Of a stretch of 64,000 nucleotides of DNA, positions 48,534 through 64,000 are shown piece after piece. This DNA comes from the human T2T-CHM13v2.0 reference genome, Homo sapiens. The stretch's first letter is position 1. Each line of letters starts with the position of its first letter. The notes beneath the pieces are model-generated. The model saw nothing but the letters and a program-made list of their open reading frames with translations. It did no database searches and had not been told where the DNA came from. A program made the translations under genes and the position numbers. The DNA lies in NCBI RefSeq assembly GCF_009914755.1, contig NC_060933.1; one strand, 5' to 3'.

Positions 48534-49623
48534 TCAGGCTTGGGCGGCAGCGGCGGGGCTCCCCGGGTCCGCGGGCGAGGCACAGCCGTGGGGGTCGGGA
48601 TCGGGGTTCGGGTCTGGCGGTCTCGGCGGGCGGAGGGCGGCGGTGCGGAGGCGGCGGCGGCGCGCACGGCAGGCGGTGAGCCCAGAGCCCAGCGCCAGGC
48701 AGGAAGCCAGGCTGACGAGGAAGGAGGCCGGCCCGAGCGTGTAAACCACGGCCAGGTCCCGCAGGGCGAGCGGCTGCGCGCAATGGCTAAAGGCGGCGTC
48801 GGAAAAGGCAGTCAGGGGGCTGAGCGTCAGGCGTCCCGGCCACACGCAGAGCACCGTCTCGGCCTCTGTGGGACACAGACAAAGGCGCGGCGTCAGGTGG
48901 CGGCTGCCGCACCGCCCTGCAGACCCCGACCCGCGTCCCCAGCAGCTCACCTGACGCGGGCAGCGGGTGCCGGCGCAGCCAGGCGCAGAGCGGGCGCAGC
49001 GCGCACCCGCAGCCCCAAGGGTTGCCGCGCAGGTGCAGCGCGTCTAGAGCGGGCAGGCGGCCCAGCAGCCCCGGCGCGAGTGCCGCCAGCTCGTTGTCCT
49101 GCAGGCTGAGTGAGCGCAGCAGCGGGAGCGCGCCTAGCGCCGCGGGCTCCAGGCGCGCCAGCCGGTTGCCGGCCAATGAGAGGTTGCGCAGCGCGCGCAG
49201 CGGCGCGAAAGTCCCTGGTGCCAGTGCTTCCAGCTGGTTGGCGCTCAGGTCCAGCAGCTGCAGCGCGCCCAGGCCCCAGAAGGCTCGCACATGCACCGAG
49301 TGCAGCCCGTTCTCGCGCAGGTCCAGGCGCTGTAGCGCGCCCGCTCCCGCGAAGGCACCTGGCGGCAGCGCACGGACGCGGTTGTGGTCCAGCAGCAGCG
49401 CGCGCAGGCGCAGGCTCAGGCCCGGGGGCACGGCGGGCAGCGAGAGTGCCGAGCAGCTGGCCAGGCCTCCCGGCACGCACGTGCACACCTCGGGGCAGTC
49501 CGGGGCGCCCAGGGACCCCGAGGGCGAGGCCGTGGCCGACACATGGGCCCAGACAGGCCAAGGCGACAGCAGCAGCAACAGCAGCAGCAGCGGCCGAGGC
49601 CGCGACCAGGAAGGGCCCCGCAT
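48534..49623 (-). CDS. LRRC26: Leucine-rich repeat-containing protein 26 (BK channel gamma1 subunit), 334 aa
   Basis: Exons 49623-48951 and 48865-48534 total 1005 nt; signal peptide, LRRNT, LRRs, LRRCT (NPWGCGC), TM segment, RARRRR basic cluster. Confidence 0.97.
48866..48950 (-). ncRNA. MIR3621: miR-3621 precursor, coincident with the 85-nt LRRC26 intron
   Basis: Contains CGCGGGTCGGGGTCTGCAGG (48935-48916), the miR-3621 mature sequence as I recall it. Confidence 0.75.
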
Positions 49624-50510
49624 GGGGGCAGCCCCCCCGCCCCCGGCACCCGCGGTGGGAGGCCCGCTGCCTGTGCGTCCCTGGAGCCCGTCGTCCGCGG
49701 AGCCCGTTCCTGCGGCGCCTGCACAAATATTAACTCTCTGGCCCGAGCTCAGGCAGTTCCTGTCCCACGGCTGGATCCACGCTTGGGGCGGGGGCAGGGC
49801 AAACAGCCAACGCCCGGCACCGCCAGCCACCTGTCCGGGAGCTCCAAACTACTCTTGGCTCAGCGCCGGCCACAGCGCTATCAAGACCACCTCACCCCGC
49901 CTTGTCCACCACCGGGCGCCCGCCGAGCCCTGACCTGAGCAGCAGGACACCGCCCACCTGCACCCGCCCAGCTCACGGCTGCAACAGGCGCCCACACGCA
50001 ATGCAACCCAGAGGTCCTGCTCCTCACCCGTCTCGACCCCACCCAGGCTCCGCAAAGTGATCCCAACGTGCACATGCGGAGTGGCCCCCACGCAGGGATG
50101 GTCCCATTCCCATGCTGGATAGGGCCTGGGTTGGAGACAGGCCTTGGGGTGGAGGGAGACAGCACACCCGAGGCAGGAGAGGCGTGCCTGCCCCACCCCT
50201 CCCCCCCAGGACTCTCCTGGGATAGAGGTACAGACCAGTGCAGTGGGGCAGGGGTATCAGCCCAAGTCCTCCTGTTAAACCCAGCGCCCTTCACAGTTGC
50301 CAGTTGCAGGTCCTGTTCTAGGGGCTTTCCAAAGCTGGGTGCAGGAAGGAGCCGGGCTGACCAGCTGTGGCAGAGAAGGTGGAAACATTAGGGGTATGGC
50401 TTACTGCCAGGGGGCAGAGGAACAGGGGAACTTGCTGTGGGGCCTGGGCACTCTGCTTTGATGAGACCCATATGCGCGTGCACCCCCCATGATGCAGCCG
50501 TGAGGGGTGT

Positions 50511-50650
50511 GAGGGCCTGCAGGGAGGACGGTGCACAACCACTAAACAAGCTTTAATTCCCCTCCCCCAGCTGCCCTCAGGAGGGCCTGCAGGGAGGACA
50601 GTGCACAGCCACTAAATACGCTTTAATTCCCCTCCCCCAGCTGCCCTCAG
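50511..50650 (-). terminator. TMEM210 poly(A) cassette, duplicated 2 x 70 bp (ATTAAA at 50627-50622 and 50557-50552)
   Basis: Direct repeat 50511-50580 / 50581-50650 with 4 mismatches. Confidence 0.8.
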
Positions 50651-50654
50651 CCCT

Positions 50655-51812
<1,158 letters not shown>

Positions 51813-51973
51813 TCATTTGCCCTTGGGCACCGCAATTCAAGGAGCCATGGCCAAGCAGCTCTGGGAATGGGACAGGTAGGGTGGGCAGAGGCCTGAGAGC
51901 CCAGCCAGCTCAGGCCAGCTCTGAGGCAGAGGCAGCAGTGGGGCTGGCCTGGTCTTACGGGCAGTCCTTCAGT

Positions 51974-52080
51974 GGTTTCACCGTGTTAGCCAGGATGGTC
52001 TCGATCTCCTGACCTTGTGATCCGCTCGCCTCGGCCTCTCAAAGTGCTGGGATTACAGGTGTGAGCCACTGCGCCCAGCC
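51974..52080 (-). mobile_element. Alu left-arm fragment upstream of TMEM210
   Basis: GGTTTCACCGTGTTAGCCAGG...GCGCCCAGCC. Confidence 0.8.
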
Positions 52081-53402
52081 AAATCCTTCACAGTGAAAGG
52101 GGGTGGGCAGCACTCCAGGCCCCGATGTGGGTGCGGTGGCCTGGCAACCTTGCAGGGTGGGCGGCAGGCAGCCTCGGCCTCAGCTCCCTCCCAGCATAAG
52201 GGCTGCGGCAGCTCAGCATGTGGGCTGGGCTCCAGCTGGCTGTAGGTCACCTTCCTCCAGGGCTGGGGCAGGAAGGGGCCAAGGAGGGCTAAGGGGGTGG
52301 GCTTGCACCCATCCTCCCTCCCCACTGCTTCTGGGAGGGTCTGGCTCACGCCCTGGCAAAGCTCAGGTCAGAAGGGCTGCCGGCACCCAAGGGAATCCCC
52401 CATCAACTTGGAAAGGTCTGGGGGACACTGGCCACCCCTGTCTGAGCAGGACCCCAAGCCCTGCCTCCCAGACATCCCCCAAGGCTCCAGACTAAAGGTG
52501 TCACTGAAGTTGGAGCCCCCAGGAGCTTTCCCCTCTGCAGAAAAGACAAGCGTTGCCCAAGGAAGTCGACCGCAGGCCGGCATGGCCAGGGTTGCTTTCA
52601 GCCTCCTCCCTGCACCTGCTATTCCAGGCTGGGAGAGAGGCCCCTGCCCTCCCAGCCTCCCCTCCTCTGGACCTGCCAAGCAAACCGCCAGGCAGCAAAA
52701 GGAAACACCTGCCCCACAGCCAACGGAGGCCAGGCCTTCTGCCAGCTCAGGACACATGGGACACGGGGGGTGGGGGGGGTGGGCACAGTCTGGCCCCAGT
52801 GGCCCTGGGCACCAGGGACCCCCTCGCCTGTTGACAGGCACCCTCCTGCTGGGGTCCTCCGACCTCTGACTTGCCGAGTGACACCGTGACCCGAGATGCA
52901 CCCTTCGCCCTTGTCTTCAGGACACAACCAGAGATGGAATCCACAGGACACAGAACAAAAGGTGTACCAGAGCCAGGCTGGCAGTGACACTCGACAGGCC
53001 AGCCCAGCAGGTTTGTATCCTGGTTAGGACAATGGCACACCCAGCCTGGGGCCAGGTGGTGGCCACAGACAGCGGGATCCAGGCAAGGCCACCTTGCTCT
53101 GAGGGGGCATCAGAGCAATCGGGACCATCCCACCAGAATTCAGGAGAGGGGTCCCTCTTTTTGTGACAGCAGCACAGACAGCCTTGGAGTGAAGTGGAGC
53201 AGGTGGCAGGGCCCAGGGCTAGAGGGGAGATACCGCACAGGCGGAAGCAGCCCTCCTTGGCGGGGCAGAGGCCTGATGGGCACAGGCTGTGCATCTGGCG
53301 CCTGCCTAATCCCGGCCACTTCCTCCTTCAAGCCCTGAGGCAAACAAGAGTTCTCCAGAGCAAGGAGGGTGCAGGAATGTCCACTGAACGGGACGGCTCA
53401 AA

Positions 53403-53572
53403 CAGGCCAGAGCTGGAGAGGTGGGAGGGTGCTGGGCGGCAGCTGCAGGAACCCACGACAATGGACATGGGACCAGCAAGGGCATCAGGCCAGAGCTGGA
53501 GAGGTGGGAGGGTGCTGGGCGGCGGCTGCAGGAGCCCAGGACCGTGGACATGTGGGAACCAGCAAGGGCGTC
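53403..53572. repeat. 83-bp tandem duplication
   Basis: CAGGCCAGAGCTGGAGAGGTGGGAGGGTGCTGGGCGGC at 53403 and 53486. Confidence 0.85.
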
Positions 53573-54478
53573 TGGGGACAGCGGTGGGAGCACTGAAACC
53601 AGGCGCAGCTCACAGCCTGGGAAGGCGCTGCAGCAGGAGCGGGACTCGAGGCACCAGTTCAAAGGGCCTTTGTCCCCCGCGAGGACGGCGCCATCGGGGT
53701 GGAACGTGTCTGGCCTGGAAACGGCACCTCTGGGACAGAGGCCCAGGTTTGAGCAGCAGAAGAGCCCAGAACTGGACCCTAGGGCCCTTGCTCAGTTTTG
53801 TGGCGTCTCCCTCTCCTAGTGCCAGCCTCTAGGACAGGACCTGGGCAGCCTGCACACGCGTGACCACACGTGTGAAGGACGTAGGGGCGACCTGCCTTTC
53901 TGAGGCACACCTGTGAAGCTGAGCCCTCCGGCCACCCTGCCTGAGTGTGGAGCAGGGGACAAGTGCCCAGTCCCTCTGGCCACCAGGGCACAGCCTTCGG
54001 CAGAGCCTCACTGCCAGAGACGAGGCGTGTTGGCCTAGAGGTCATTCGCCAGCCTCAGCAATTCCAACCGAACCCGCACAACGTCCCAACCTCGCCCGAG
54101 ACCTCCTGGCCGAGCGTGTGGAGGTGGGCACAGGCTGAGCAGAGGGTGACCCCAGGGCTCCTTCTAAAGGCCAGAGGCGCAGGAATGGAGCTGGAGGTCT
54201 GGCGGGTAGCAAGCACTAAGCCCTAGGACGTGGCTGCCTGAGCCGTGGCCCGGGCGTGACGTGGACCTTCACGTGCCGCTCCCTGAGCACCCTGGGTCGG
54301 GGGCGGCCCGGGATTCTCTCAGGAGGCTACATTCCCAGTGCAGATGTGTAGGCCTAGGTGGCCCCTCACCTGCTGCTGAGGAGCAGGCCCTGCCAGGCTG
54401 AGAGAGAGGCCCAGGCTAGAGGAGGATCCTGGGGGGCCCCACAAAGCCACCAGGACAGAAAAGGATGATCTGACTTGC

Positions 54479-54484
54479 TTTAAT
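54479..54484 (-). terminator. ANAPC2 poly(A) signal ATTAAA
   Basis: tttaat on + strand, ~140 nt past the stop codon. Confidence 0.8.
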
Positions 54485-54621
54485 CTGCACACTGCGGGGG
54501 TGGGGGTGGGCATGCTCCTCAGCAGTGCATTCTGGGACACGGGCGGGCGGGGGCTGGCACGGGAGGACGAGAGCACCTGCAGGGCAGCGCCTGGCGGGCG
54601 GGCGGGCGGGCGGGCGATGTG

Positions 54622-63475
<8,854 letters not shown>

Positions 63476-63839
63476 CTACAAGAAGAAGAACATCCCTCAG
63501 GGACAGACATGGATGCGTGCGCACGTGCAGGCTGGTGCAGAGTGTGTGCGGTGTGGGAAAGGACACGTGCTTGCCAGCCCCAGGACGATGATGAGACCAC
63601 CTGCTAGGCACCAGACATCCCCCCGACACTCTGGCGTGCTGATGCATTTGACCACAATGCCACAGGGTGGACAGAGCAACACCCAGGGGCCAGTCCCCAG
63701 CAGGAGCCAAGGCCAAGGCAGCACAGCAGTGGACACCCAGAAGCACTGTCCAGCATCTGCCACACCTGCCCTGATCCAGGCACGGGGGACGCCGCAGTGG
63801 GGACAGTCCCAGCACTGCCCGGTGCACCCCCCTGCAAGA

Positions 63840-64000
63840 GCGACAGCGAAGGCACAGGGAGCCCCAGACGTGGACACAGGGAGCCCAGATGCAGACACAG
63901 AGCCGACATGGCGAAGGCCCTGGGAGCCCCAGATGCAGACACAGAGCAGACACGGCGAAGGCACAGGGAGCCCAGACGCAGACACAAGGAGCCCAGACGC
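63840..64000. repeat. Minisatellite running off the window end
   Basis: GACACAGGGAGCCCAGA(T/C)GCA-type units. Confidence 0.8.

Noticed and set aside
48787-49830. 347-aa single-exon LRRC26 ORF with an upstream start
   Set aside because: Non-ATG start; the real CDS starts at ATG 49623 and splices out 48950-48866

Overview
Human (hominid) genomic DNA matching 9q34.3. It contains the complete GRIN1 gene (NMDA receptor GluN1, + strand; all coding exons traced with GT-AG boundaries, including the N1, C1, C2 and C2' cassettes). Downstream on the - strand are LRRC26 (its single intron is MIR3621), TMEM210 and the last nine exons of ANAPC2. The first ~15.7 kb is dense in Alu/L1/LTR elements and includes an LTR13 inside an Alu, an LTR2-family solo LTR and a U13 snoRNA retrocopy. 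The most notable unexplained features are: (1) an orphan CpG island at 9.0-10.6 kb carrying a degenerate, unprocessed copy of MAN1B1 exon 1, pointing away from GRIN1, possibly an inversion-breakpoint relic; (2) a 1.35 kb intronic array of overlapping NF-kB and Sp/KLF sites; (3) a GRIN1 uORF whose stop overlaps the main start (AUGA); (4) tandem repeats that multiply splice signals or a poly(A) cassette. Gene and repeat-family names come from recall of known sequences, not database searches, and repeat boundaries are approximate.
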